Of a stretch of 64,000 nucleotides of DNA, positions 26,717 to 35,673 are shown piece after piece. Source of the stretch: an uncultured Oscillospiraceae bacterium (GTDB lineage: Bacteria > Bacillota > Clostridia > Oscillospirales > Oscillospiraceae). The notes under the pieces are model-generated. The model worked only from the letters and a program-made list of their open reading frames with translations. It made no database searches and was not told the DNA's origin. Location: the NCBI GenBank assembly GCA_964472725.1, contig CAYYLZ010000001.1:3336-67335 (forward strand). The letters run 5' to 3'. A program made the translations under genes and the position numbers. Position 1 is the first letter of the stretch, and every line of letters starts with the position of its first letter.

Positions 26717-26850
26717 TTAACCTTGCCCCACTATGTACTCCGATTCAACTTTATGCCCAGCCTTTGATTTATCGAGCCCTTCATATTTTGCGGTTCGTAC
26801 GTGACACATCTTTTTGGGGATTTTGGAGGATTATGTCGAAAGAGGAAGGG
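26717..26850 (-). repeat. copy F of the repeated module
   Basis: Embedded ORF 26717..26809 (-) MCHVRTAKYEGLDKSKAGHKVESEYIVGQG (30 aa). 5' arm present and abuts the truncated ssp. Confidence 0.85.
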
Positions 26851-26922
26851 AGCAACTTCCTGCTTGAACTTATCCATGACATCGCGGGCATTGGGAGTCA
26901 TAATACTGTTGGCCTTAGACAT
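26851..26922 (-). pseudogene. 5' fragment (24 codons) of a second alpha/beta SASP gene
   Basis: MSKANSIMTPNARDVMDKFKQEVA. By my hand count, 60 of 72 nt are identical to the start of 25197..25454. The upstream region 26923-27010 parallels 25455-25545. Confidence 0.6.
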
Positions 26923-27059
26923 TTTGTTTATCTCCTTGTTTGTTGATTGGGTATAGCAAGCTATATTTTTGCCGACGCAAGGTTTTATATTCTGCCGATT
27001 TTTTGATGCTGAAACAAGGAAATCAAATTAAGCATAGTCCGGTAATTGGATATTCGCTC

Positions 27060-27620
27060 TTATTCCACCCAGTATTTTATATTCGGCTTGGGATAGTCAA
27101 CGCCGAAGGTCTCGACCTCCACATGAACCATAAATTCGTCAACTACGGGCTGTGGTACCTTGATTTGCTCAAAGCCCTTCATGGGCACTTCCTGCAGCTC
27201 CACGTTCTCAATGCGTTCCACTTCATCGTAGCCGTCAATGACCTTGCCGAAGGCTGCGTATTTGCCCTGCAGGCGCTCTCTTGCATCGTCGGAGAGGGTG
27301 ATAAAAAACTCGCAGCCGTGAGCTTCATCGGTGCCGTTGCCCGCCATGGCCACAATGCCTTTTTCGAATATCAAATCATTTTTGATGCCGTTGGACTCAA
27401 ACTCGCCCTCCAGCATAAAGTCACAGCGCTTGTCATCAAAGAAGCAGTAGGAGGGCTGCAGAACGAAGCCCCGAACCACACGCTTTATCAAACGGTTCTC
27501 GTACATATTCTCACGGGCTGCCCAAATAAAGCTGTTGACGGTATTGGGGGCGTGCTCCGGATAGAGCTCCACTGTAATAATACCTTTGGTGGTATGGATT
27601 TTCGCGATTGGATTATTCAT
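27060..27620 (-). CDS. cyclophilin-type peptidyl-prolyl cis-trans isomerase
   Basis: TTKGIITVELYPEHAPNTVNSFI...GIVAMAGNG...GCEFFITL...AAFGKVIDGYDEV. Confidence 0.85.
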   Translation of the reverse strand: MNNPIAKIHTTKGIITVELYPEHAPNTVNSFIWAARENMYENRLIKRVVRGFVLQPSYCFFDDKRCDFMLEGEFESNGIKNDLIFEKGIVAMAGNGTDEAHGCEFFITLSDDARERLQGKYAAFGKVIDGYDEVERIENVELQEVPMKGFEQIKVPQPVVDEFMVHVEVETFGVDYPKPNIKYWVE

Positions 27621-27855
27621 ATTGAGGCCTCCTCATAGACTTACTGCCTGCATTATAGCACAAGCCTCCGCTAAAGGCCAATAGCATATTCCTTTGAATT
27701 TTTGAGCCTTTTTGCGCAAAAAGCTGGCTTTCGTTTCCGGTAAACTCGGCCTTAGGAGAATCTTGTATTCCGTATGGGTTTTGCAGCAATAAACGGCATA
27801 TTTTACGGGCCTGAGACAGGAACGGAATTTGGCAGCTTCACATTGGAAACGTATA

Positions 27856-27902
27856 AAAATATCCCCGTGTCCGCGAATTGAATGTGGCACGGGGATATTT
27901 TT
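27856..27902 (-). terminator. terminator of the peptide-transporter operon
   Basis: atatccccgtg / cacggggatat flanked by A/T runs. Confidence 0.7.
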
Positions 27903-27931
27903 ATAGAAGGAAGAAATCCGGGAAATGACGT

Positions 27932-28909
27932 TTACAACTGTGCGGTGATATGACCGCAGGCAACGAAATGTCCGCCGCCTATATCCACCAGTCGCTGCTC
28001 ACAGCGAGAGCATTCTTCGCTTGCGTTGGGGCAGCGCGTATGCAACCGGCAGCCGGATGGGGGATCAAGCGGACTTGGCGGCTCTCCCAACAGGGAAAGA
28101 CGCTCCTTTTTTGTGCCGTATTCCGGCACCGGAATGGCGGAAAGAAGGGTGCGCGTATACGGGTGGAGGGGATTGGAGAAAAGCTCATGCTTATCTGCCA
28201 TTTCCACAATCTTACCCAAATACATGACTATTATCCTGTCACATAAATAACGTACCACGCTCAGATCATGGGAGATAAACAGGTAGGAAATGCCCATCTC
28301 CCGCTGCAGCTCTTTCATCAGGTTGAGTATCTGGGCTCTTACGGATACGTCGAGAGCGGAAACAGGTTCGTCGCATACGATAAGCTCCGGGGCGGAAATT
28401 ACGGCGCGGGCGATCACTACTCGCTGGCGCTGTCCGCCGGAAAGCTCGTGGGGATAGCGGTGTATATGGGAATCGGAGAGACCGACCCTTTTGAGCAGCT
28501 CAACAGCACGGTTTGTCTGTTCCTCGTCGCTGCCTATCCCGAATACCTTCAGGGGTTCCTTCACATATTCGAGAATTGTCTTTCGTGGATTAATTGAAGC
28601 GTAGGGGTCCTGAAAGACTATCTGCATTCTGTGTCTGTATTGGCGCATTTCATTGGTAGTGAGCGCGGTTATATCGCTGCCGTCGAAAATGAGCTTGCCG
28701 TCGCTGGGGTCTTGAAGCTTCAGTATCGTACGGCCGAGAGTGGTTTTGCCGCAGCCGGATTCGCCCACTACACCGAGTATCTCGCCCTTATTGACGGTGA
28801 AGGAAACATCGTCCAATGCCTTTACCGTTTTAAGCGGACGTCCCAATATATCTTTTTTGGTAACGTAATACTTTTTCAGATTTTCTATCTGATACAAGGA
28901 TTCTGCCAT
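27932..28909 (-). CDS. peptide ABC transporter ATP-binding protein (OppF/DppF-like)
   Basis: Walker A GESGCGKTT, signature LSGGQRQR, C-terminal oligopeptide-type extension. Confidence 0.85.
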   Translation of the reverse strand: MAESLYQIENLKKYYVTKKDILGRPLKTVKALDDVSFTVNKGEILGVVGESGCGKTTLGRTILKLQDPSDGKLIFDGSDITALTTNEMRQYRHRMQIVFQDPYASINPRKTILEYVKEPLKVFGIGSDEEQTNRAVELLKRVGLSDSHIHRYPHELSGGQRQRVVIARAVISAPELIVCDEPVSALDVSVRAQILNLMKELQREMGISYLFISHDLSVVRYLCDRIIVMYLGKIVEMADKHELFSNPLHPYTRTLLSAIPVPEYGTKKERLSLLGEPPSPLDPPSGCRLHTRCPNASEECSRCEQRLVDIGGGHFVACGHITAQL

Positions 28910-28911
28910 CG

Positions 28912-29886
28912 CTACACCTCCTGCTCATATTTCCAGCAGCGCACAGTGCCGCTGCCGGCAGGAAATATCGGGGGGATCTGCTCCCTGCACTTATCCGTTG
29001 CATAGGGGCAGCGGTCGGCAAAGCGGCAGCCCGCGGGCATTTCCTCGAGGGTAGGAACCTTACCGGGAATGGTGAACAGCTCAGCTGCGTCCTCGTCCGA
29101 GCGGGGGATAGCCTTAAGCAGACCCTGCGTATAGGGGTGGAGCGGAGCTTTGAAAATGTTCTCCGTGGAATTCTGCTCCACCACCTGACCGGCGTACATT
29201 ACTATAACGCGGTCGGTCGCCTCCGCCACAACACCCATGTCATGAGTTATGAGCATTATCGCCGTATCGGAGGAATGCTTGAGTTCGTCCATAAGATCAA
29301 GTATCTGAGCCTGAATGGTAACGTCAAGGGCTGTGGTGGGTTCGTCCGCTATCAGTACATCCGGGCAGCACAGCATTGCCATGGCTATCATCACTCTCTG
29401 GCGCATTCCGCCGGAAAGCTGGTGGGGATATTCGTGTATGCGCTGTCCGGGTTCGGGGATCTCCACTCGATGCAGCATTTCCTCGCTCAGCTTGAGCGCT
29501 TCCTTTTTGGACATTTTTCGATGGGAGCGTATCATTTCCGCCATTTGGTCGCCTATTGTATAGACGGGGTTCAAACTGGTCATAGGCTCCTGAAATATCA
29601 TGGATATTTCCTTGCCGCGAACCTTTCTCTGCTCCTTTTCGGACATGGCGGTAAGCTCCTTGCCGGAAAGGATAACCTTTCCGGCGCTGATGCGCCCACT
29701 GTACTTGGGCAGTAGACCCATAATGGCGTTTGCCGTTACGCTTTTTCCGCAGCCGGATTCGCCAACGATGCCAAGGCACTGCCCCTTGTACAGCTCGAAG
29801 CTTATGTCTTCCACAGCGGAGACTTCTCTTTTGTTGATTTTAAAACTGACGCACAGTCCATCAACCTTTAAAACCGGCGTATGCAT
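28912..29886 (-). CDS. peptide ABC transporter ATP-binding protein (OppD/DppD-like)
   Basis: GESGCGKS, LSGGMRQR, LIADEPTTALD. Confidence 0.85.
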   Translation of the reverse strand: MHTPVLKVDGLCVSFKINKREVSAVEDISFELYKGQCLGIVGESGCGKSVTANAIMGLLPKYSGRISAGKVILSGKELTAMSEKEQRKVRGKEISMIFQEPMTSLNPVYTIGDQMAEMIRSHRKMSKKEALKLSEEMLHRVEIPEPGQRIHEYPHQLSGGMRQRVMIAMAMLCCPDVLIADEPTTALDVTIQAQILDLMDELKHSSDTAIMLITHDMGVVAEATDRVIVMYAGQVVEQNSTENIFKAPLHPYTQGLLKAIPRSDEDAAELFTIPGKVPTLEEMPAGCRFADRCPYATDKCREQIPPIFPAGSGTVRCWKYEQEV

Positions 29887-29899
29887 ATGCTACCTCGGA

Positions 29900-31582
29900 T
29901 CAGCTGATGTCCCACAGCCAGGAAGCCTGGTTGTAGTTGGCGTTGTTGAAAAGGTCTACGTTGCTTATTCCGGGAGCGGTAGCGGAATAGGCGCCATACT
30001 GGACTATAGTGCTCTGAGGAACGTTCTCAAGCTCCCAATTCTGGAATGCCTGAATGATTGCCAACTCGTCCTCGGGCTGCTGCACGGACATGTAGCCGCC
30101 GAAGATGGGCAGAATGGCGGAGGTGTCGTTATGCATGAACAGGGAGTCTGCATAAAGGGCATAGATACCCATGATCTTGGTGGGGACATAGGTGATGCCG
30201 ATGGACCAGATAGCGCAGCTGTACTGGAACTGCTCGGTGTCGCCAAGGTCGGTTATCATGGCCTGCTGGATGGTTGCCATCTCGTCCTGCTTGATTTCAA
30301 CGGCAATGCCGATAGGCTCAAGCTGGCTCTTTATCAGGGTAGCGGCATTCTCGCCGCCGGTGCTTACAACGCCGATGACCAGCTTGCTGTCGGCACTCCA
30401 ATCGCCGTCTGCAATGGCAGACTGAACCAGGGCAGCGGCTCTGTCGGGATCATAGATGTCCTTGGCAGTGTAGCCGGGGTAGGTGGGGAAGATGGCAGAG
30501 TTGTTGACTACGCCGTTGCCGCTGTAGAGCTTGTTGAGAATGTCCTGCTTGTTGATGCCGCAGTCAACTGCCTGACGGATCTTCTGAGGAACTCGCTTGT
30601 TGTTGAAGCAGAGGTTTACCTGGGTGGAGGGGTTGGCTTCCTTGACGATGTTGACATCGTCGTCGTCGAGATACAGCTCTGCGACCTCGGTGGTAAGGTT
30701 GAAGCCGAGAATATCCACGTCGCCGGAAATGATCTTATCAATGGCGGTGGAGGTGTCGATGACCTGCATTATCATGGTGCCGAACTGAGGTGCGCCCAGG
30801 TGATAGTCGGCGTCTGCCTTTAGGGTTATGGAGCTGTCGGTGACTTCGCTTTCATAAATGCAGGGGCCGGAGCCGATGGGTGCGTTCCAAAAATCGGAAT
30901 TATAAATGGCCTCATCGCTCATGAGGGTTCCGTCCTCATTGGTGAAGCAGTGTTTGGGAAGAACGAACATTGCGTTCAGAGCAGCAGCCGTGTAGGAGTT
31001 CTGATTGTATGCGGAGTTCATCTTCAACTTCAGGGTGTATTCGTCAACTGCCTCGGCAGCGGCGGCGTCGGGCTCGAGCTCGATGCCGGTGGTGGCGTCA
31101 ACGCCCTCAAGATACTTGGTGCCGGCGCGGTTCTGGAACTGGACCTCGGAGGTGGCGTAGAGCTTGTAGGAGAAAACATAGTCCTCAGCGGTTACCTTTT
31201 CGCCGTCGTGCCAGGTGGCGTCGGGATCAAGGTGGAAGGTGAGGGTCATGCCGTCCTCAGACCACTCCCAGGACTCTGCGCCTCTGGGATGGAGCTTGCT
31301 TTCCTCGTCCATGTAAATGAGCTTGTCGAAAATCTGGCTGCCAACCTGGAAGGTGGTGCCGTTGATGAAGTCGAATGGTCTGAGGGTTTCCCATGTCTTG
31401 GAAAGACCGAATACTATGGTGGGAGCTTCAGCGGGCTTTACTTCGGAGCCGGTGCTGCCTTCGCTGCCGGGAACATCGCTGGTTCCGCTGTCCTTACTGC
31501 AGCCGCCGAGCACTGCGGCGAGGCTGAGCAGCATAGCGACACAGAGTACTATGGATATAAGCTTTTTCAACTTGTTTTTCAT
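29900..31582 (-). CDS. ABC transporter substrate-binding lipoprotein (family 5, peptide/nickel type)
   Basis: Signal peptide with lipobox LGGCS. 560 aa, placed with the Opp-type permeases. Confidence 0.8.
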   Translation of the reverse strand: MKNKLKKLISIVLCVAMLLSLAAVLGGCSKDSGTSDVPGSEGSTGSEVKPAEAPTIVFGLSKTWETLRPFDFINGTTFQVGSQIFDKLIYMDEESKLHPRGAESWEWSEDGMTLTFHLDPDATWHDGEKVTAEDYVFSYKLYATSEVQFQNRAGTKYLEGVDATTGIELEPDAAAAEAVDEYTLKLKMNSAYNQNSYTAAALNAMFVLPKHCFTNEDGTLMSDEAIYNSDFWNAPIGSGPCIYESEVTDSSITLKADADYHLGAPQFGTMIMQVIDTSTAIDKIISGDVDILGFNLTTEVAELYLDDDDVNIVKEANPSTQVNLCFNNKRVPQKIRQAVDCGINKQDILNKLYSGNGVVNNSAIFPTYPGYTAKDIYDPDRAAALVQSAIADGDWSADSKLVIGVVSTGGENAATLIKSQLEPIGIAVEIKQDEMATIQQAMITDLGDTEQFQYSCAIWSIGITYVPTKIMGIYALYADSLFMHNDTSAILPIFGGYMSVQQPEDELAIIQAFQNWELENVPQSTIVQYGAYSATAPGISNVDLFNNANYNQASWLWDIS

Positions 31583-31610
31583 TGTGTTCTCCTCTTTTCG
31601 TTATTTAAAA

Positions 31611-32477
31611 TTATCTTGCCATTTTGGGGTCGAAGGCGTCTCTTATGCCTTCACCGAGAAGATTGATAGACACTATGGTGAGTATCAGGAGTATGCTCGC
31701 CGGGACCCATATCCACGGCTCATGCTTCATAACGAAGGAAGACATGGCGTAGTTGATGGTCTTGCCCCAGGAGTTTTCAATTCCCACGCCGAGGAAGCTC
31801 AGTGACGCCTCGGAGAGGATACCGGTGGATACGCGGAAGGGGATAGTTACCAGCACCGGGCCGAGAACATTGGGCATTATATCCTGGAAAATAATTTTCA
31901 GATTGCCCTTTCCCAGCGCGCGGGAGGCCTCCACATATTCCTTTTGGGATACGGAGCGGACGTTACTCTCTATCAGCTTTGCTGCGCTTGGCCAGCCAAG
32001 GAAGCCGAGAATGAAGCAAAGCACGCTCATGTTTGCGCCGAATATTGCCACCATAACCAGCATCAGAACAAGGGACGGGAAGGAAATAACGATCTCGGCG
32101 CAGCGCATAAGGATCGTATTGACTTTACCGCCGTAATATCCGGCTATGAGGCCCACGGGAACGCCGATAACCAGGCCGATAAGGGTCGAGCCGATGCCAA
32201 TAATGAGGGAAACTCTGCCGCCGTAGAGCAGGCGGGAGTAGACGTCCTGATAAGCATCGGTGAGACCGAGTATATGACCGGAGGCTTCGGGGGACTTTCC
32301 GAGGGCGTCGCCGTATACCGTGTTGGGGTCAAGACCCTGAATAATTGGCAGGAAAGTCACAAGAAGGATTTCGGCGACTACAAATATAAGGCCTATCATG
32401 GCTTTGGGATCCCGCAGCAGGCGGTACATAACGCCCTGCTTTTTCAGGCGGGGCTGAGTTGTTTTCTGTTTTTTCAT
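31611..32477 (-). CDS. ABC transporter permease (OppC/DppC-like)
   Basis: Multi-TM protein. EASRALG-type EAA loop (YVEASRALGKGNLKIIF). Confidence 0.85.
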   Translation of the reverse strand: MKKQKTTQPRLKKQGVMYRLLRDPKAMIGLIFVVAEILLVTFLPIIQGLDPNTVYGDALGKSPEASGHILGLTDAYQDVYSRLLYGGRVSLIIGIGSTLIGLVIGVPVGLIAGYYGGKVNTILMRCAEIVISFPSLVLMLVMVAIFGANMSVLCFILGFLGWPSAAKLIESNVRSVSQKEYVEASRALGKGNLKIIFQDIMPNVLGPVLVTIPFRVSTGILSEASLSFLGVGIENSWGKTINYAMSSFVMKHEPWIWVPASILLILTIVSINLLGEGIRDAFDPKMAR

Positions 32478-32488
32478 CTGTACTCACC

Positions 32489-33445
32489 TCAAACCCTCAG
32501 CCTTGGATCCAGCCATGTGTAGATAATGTCCAGAACAAGGTTTGTAAGCAAAACTATAATGATTATCAGTGTGACAATTCCCATGATTACGGGGATATCA
32601 CGCATATTGATGGCATCAACCAGATAGCTGCCCAGACCGGGCCACGAAAAGATACGCTCTATGACTACCGAGCCACCGATAAGCGTAGGCACGGTAAGAC
32701 CGATGGAGGTCACTATCGGAATGGATGCGTTTCTGAGCATGTGCTTGAACACAACCTTGTAATAAGGCAAGCCTTTTGACTTTGCGGTCTTGACATATTC
32801 CTCACTCATAACCTCCAGCATACTGCTGCGGGTCTGCTTGATAAACGCGCCCATGCAGGTGAACGCCTTTATGCAGGCCGGCAGGGCCAGATAAACGATG
32901 TACGGGTACTTGCCGCTGGTACTGTACTGGGAGGGCAGCAGATCCAACCATACGGAGAATATGTATATACCCAATATGGAGAGCATAAAGCCCGGCAGGG
33001 AGTTGCCCAAAAAGGTCAGAACGGTGGATATATTATCGACTATACCCTTGGGACGCAGAGCGGAGAGTATGCCCAGCGGGATCGCGATAATGATGCCCAG
33101 TCCAAGACCGGTTCCCATGAGTATAAGCGTGGGGACTATTCTTTCGCCTATTACTCCTATAACGGTCTTGCTCAGGTTGCCGTAGGTGTTGCCCCATGTT
33201 CCGGAAAACAGCGACTTTATCCAGTTTATATATTGCTGGACTATGCCGACGTCAAGGCCGTATTTGTGATATATGGCCGCTTCCATTTCAGCTGTGACCT
33301 GAGTGCCTGCCAATATGGTTTTTGTTACCTCCGCCTCCGCCGCATTTTCGCCGGGCATCAGGGAGAGAAGCAGATAGACAATAAACGTAAGCCCGATGAA
33401 TATCGGTATCATCATAAGTATTCGTTTGATAATGTACTTCAGCAT
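32489..33445 (-). CDS. ABC transporter permease (OppB/DppB-like)
   Basis: MLKYIIKRIL N-terminus and EEYVKTAKSKGL EAA loop. Confidence 0.85.
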   Translation of the reverse strand: MLKYIIKRILMMIPIFIGLTFIVYLLLSLMPGENAAEAEVTKTILAGTQVTAEMEAAIYHKYGLDVGIVQQYINWIKSLFSGTWGNTYGNLSKTVIGVIGERIVPTLILMGTGLGLGIIIAIPLGILSALRPKGIVDNISTVLTFLGNSLPGFMLSILGIYIFSVWLDLLPSQYSTSGKYPYIVYLALPACIKAFTCMGAFIKQTRSSMLEVMSEEYVKTAKSKGLPYYKVVFKHMLRNASIPIVTSIGLTVPTLIGGSVVIERIFSWPGLGSYLVDAINMRDIPVIMGIVTLIIIIVLLTNLVLDIIYTWLDPRLRV

Positions 33446-33479
33446 ATCAGCACTTCCGAATCACTATTATCATGCATCA

Positions 33480-34001
33480 TCACTGATCCTTCTTCTTTGT
33501 GAAGACCAGCTTACATACGTGATCACCCTTGGCGATAGCCTTCTGCAGATCCAGAGTGAAGCCCATTTCTTCGGCGATGATGTGGTCGCCGACCATGGCG
33601 CTGTCGCAAAGCTCGCCGATTTCCTCATCGCTGAGACCCATGCTCTGCCATGCCTGCACCAGGGGACAGAAGTGGTATTCCAGATCGGCCTTATCGGGGC
33701 TCGTTTCGATGAACTCCGCCTCATAAGCACCAACACCTACGGGACCACCCAGCATCTTTTGCGCAAATTCACCCACGTTGGCAGGATCGTCCATCTTAGC
33801 CTTGATGCCGCGGGCAGTTTCAATGCTTGCCTTGCGCTGAACTTCTGCGGAAACGGGAGTCAGATCAATGCCCTGATTTGCGGCTTCCTTCTTGGTCATG
33901 TAATTTCTCTTGGAGTAGGCAACGACTGCTGCGCGATAGGCGAGGGCAGGCAGAAAATCAGTGGTGGACTGATTTACGATAACGGACTTTTCTTCACTCA
34001 T
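33480..34001 (-). CDS. L-2-amino-thiazoline-4-carboxylic acid hydrolase-like protein (uncertain)
   Basis: FCPLVQAWQSMGL...LC...GD...AKGDHVCKLVF pattern as I remember it for that family. Confidence 0.4.
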   Translation of the reverse strand: MSEEKSVIVNQSTTDFLPALAYRAAVVAYSKRNYMTKKEAANQGIDLTPVSAEVQRKASIETARGIKAKMDDPANVGEFAQKMLGGPVGVGAYEAEFIETSPDKADLEYHFCPLVQAWQSMGLSDEEIGELCDSAMVGDHIIAEEMGFTLDLQKAIAKGDHVCKLVFTKKKDQ

Positions 34002-34080
34002 AACTTTTTGTCCTTTCTCTATTTATTTTTATGTACTTGATTTATTCAGCTGCCCGCGAGGCGGGCTTTATGCTTGGAAC

Positions 34081-35373
34081 TCAGAAGCAGACCTGCTTTG
34101 TCATTATGCGAAGTATTTCCCTGTCGGTGTCCTTCATGCCGAATTTACCCACATGGCCCACATTTTTCATGGTGACCTCAATATCCTCGCAGACAATGCC
34201 TTCGCCGTCCGGGAACTGCAGCCCGCGCAGACTCAGCTCGTTTGCCATCAGCGCCGCGTCCACCGCGGAAGCTATCTTTGCCGCGCAGGAGGCCTTGGCG
34301 CCGTCGCATATTATGCCGCCGGCATTGGCAAGGGTGTTTGTTACCGTTCTGAAAATGGCTTCCGCGTCCCCGCCACAAAGATAAGTGATGCCCGCGCCAG
34401 CACCTGCAGCGGCGGATACCGCACCGCAGAAAGCGGAGAGGTTGCCGATATAATATTTTTGATGCATAGCTACAAGGTTGCTGATAATTAGCGCCCGGAA
34501 AAGCTTCTCGCGGGAAACCTTAAGTGCCTTTCCGTACTCTATTACAGGCAGGGATACTGTTATTCCTTGATTTCCGCTGCCGGAGTTGATGACTACCGGC
34601 AGGGTGCAGCCGCTCATACGAGCGTCTGAACCGGCGGCGGCGTACGCCTTGGCGCGCTCGCGCACGTTTTCGCCGTAGGCGTCAAGAATCGTGCGGCCTA
34701 CCTGACAACCGCAGCTGTTTTCCAAGCCGTATTCTGCGATAGCGGTGTTCATCTCTATCTGCCGCTGAAGAAGCTTTTCAACCTTGCTTATATCCACGGT
34801 TGCGGCGAAGTCGAGAATGCCGTCCATGTTAAGGGCAGCTTTGAGAATTGCCGTGTCCTGAGACGCAGAATGGGCAGACTCCTCATCGGACACATCAAGC
34901 AAAATCTCGCCGTTCTGTTCAAGATGTATAAAGCGGGTATGATACCGGGAGATGACGGCGCGTGCTCTGTTGTCTCCGGAAGTCAGTACTACGTCAATGT
35001 AGAGATTGTCCACGTCGGGTTTGACGCTGTAGGTAACTTTGCCGTCTTTGACCCATTCCGAGGCTTTTTGCCGCTCGGCGTCGTTTACCGCGGTCAGCAC
35101 CTCCAGTTCCAGCTCCGGATCGCCGCCCAGCGCGCCCAGGGCCGCGGCAATCTCCACACCTTTTTGGCCGCCCGAATTGGGAACCTTTACGCCCTTTACG
35201 TTCTTGATAACGTTTCCGCTGCAGCAGATTTCGGCTTTCTCTGGGTCTGCACCCAAAAGCTGCCTCGCCTTAGCGGCTGCCAGCGCTATTGAGATCGGTT
35301 CGGTGCAGCCGAGAGCGGGAACCAGCTCGCTGCTCAATATGCGTAGATATGTTTCCACGAGCCTTTCGTCCAT
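34081..35373 (-). CDS. L-cysteine desulfidase family protein (UPF0597/YhaM-CyuA-like)
   Basis: LVPALGCTEPISIALAAA and DARMSGCTLPVVINSGSGNQGITVSLPV align with the E. coli YhaM motifs from memory. Confidence 0.65.
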   Translation of the reverse strand: MDERLVETYLRILSSELVPALGCTEPISIALAAAKARQLLGADPEKAEICCSGNVIKNVKGVKVPNSGGQKGVEIAAALGALGGDPELELEVLTAVNDAERQKASEWVKDGKVTYSVKPDVDNLYIDVVLTSGDNRARAVISRYHTRFIHLEQNGEILLDVSDEESAHSASQDTAILKAALNMDGILDFAATVDISKVEKLLQRQIEMNTAIAEYGLENSCGCQVGRTILDAYGENVRERAKAYAAAGSDARMSGCTLPVVINSGSGNQGITVSLPVIEYGKALKVSREKLFRALIISNLVAMHQKYYIGNLSAFCGAVSAAAGAGAGITYLCGGDAEAIFRTVTNTLANAGGIICDGAKASCAAKIASAVDAALMANELSLRGLQFPDGEGIVCEDIEVTMKNVGHVGKFGMKDTDREILRIMTKQVCF

Positions 35374-35673
35374 GCCAAACCTCCTTGTATTACTAATAAT
35401 ATTGAGTTTAACAATACCACTAATAATATCAGTGATATTGTTAAACTATGATAGCATAAATCGCTAAAGTATGGCTATCGTAAATATTGCCAAAATAAAG
35501 AGCCGAAATTTGAAATTTTTAGCATAATGTGCTGTTGAACTTTGATTTTTTGCGGTTATAGCGCTGTGGCAGGACCGTTTGCAGGGAGTTCGGGCTTGTT
35601 TTTTTACAGTGAATTTGATATAATTATTAAAAAATGAGAACGATTTAAAGAGGTAGAAAGAAAGGCGGTGCTT

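Noticed and set aside
9727-26850. Whether the ~134-bp modules are canonical integron attC sites
   Set aside because: I looked for an RYYYAAC core at one end and an inverted GTTRRRY core at the other. GTTGGGY-like strings occur internally in some copies but not all. The two ends of the module are not inverted repeats of each other. No intI-like gene is in the window. The analogy is therefore to cassette organisation only.
9727-26850. Module as the 3' end of a group II intron, a DGR template/variable repeat, or a tRNA-like att site
   Set aside because: There is no domain V-like AGC...GNRA hairpin and no GUGYG 5' end. Differences between copies are not confined to adenines and no reverse transcriptase is present. 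The TCGCA-GTTCGTA-TGCGA hairpin lacks T-loop consensus and is not preserved in copies D to F.
27633-27890. 85-aa minus-strand ORF between the peptide-transporter operon and the PPIase gene
   Set aside because: It spans a terminator hairpin and a promoter region, has no RBS and has an unremarkable sequence. It is likely non-coding.
29600-31666. Plus-strand ORFs 29600..30823 and 30950..31666 inside the peptide-transporter operon
   Set aside because: They are antisense to the substrate-binding protein gene (which has a lipobox and a long conserved ORF) and to oppD. Their composition is Gly/Val/Ala-rich.
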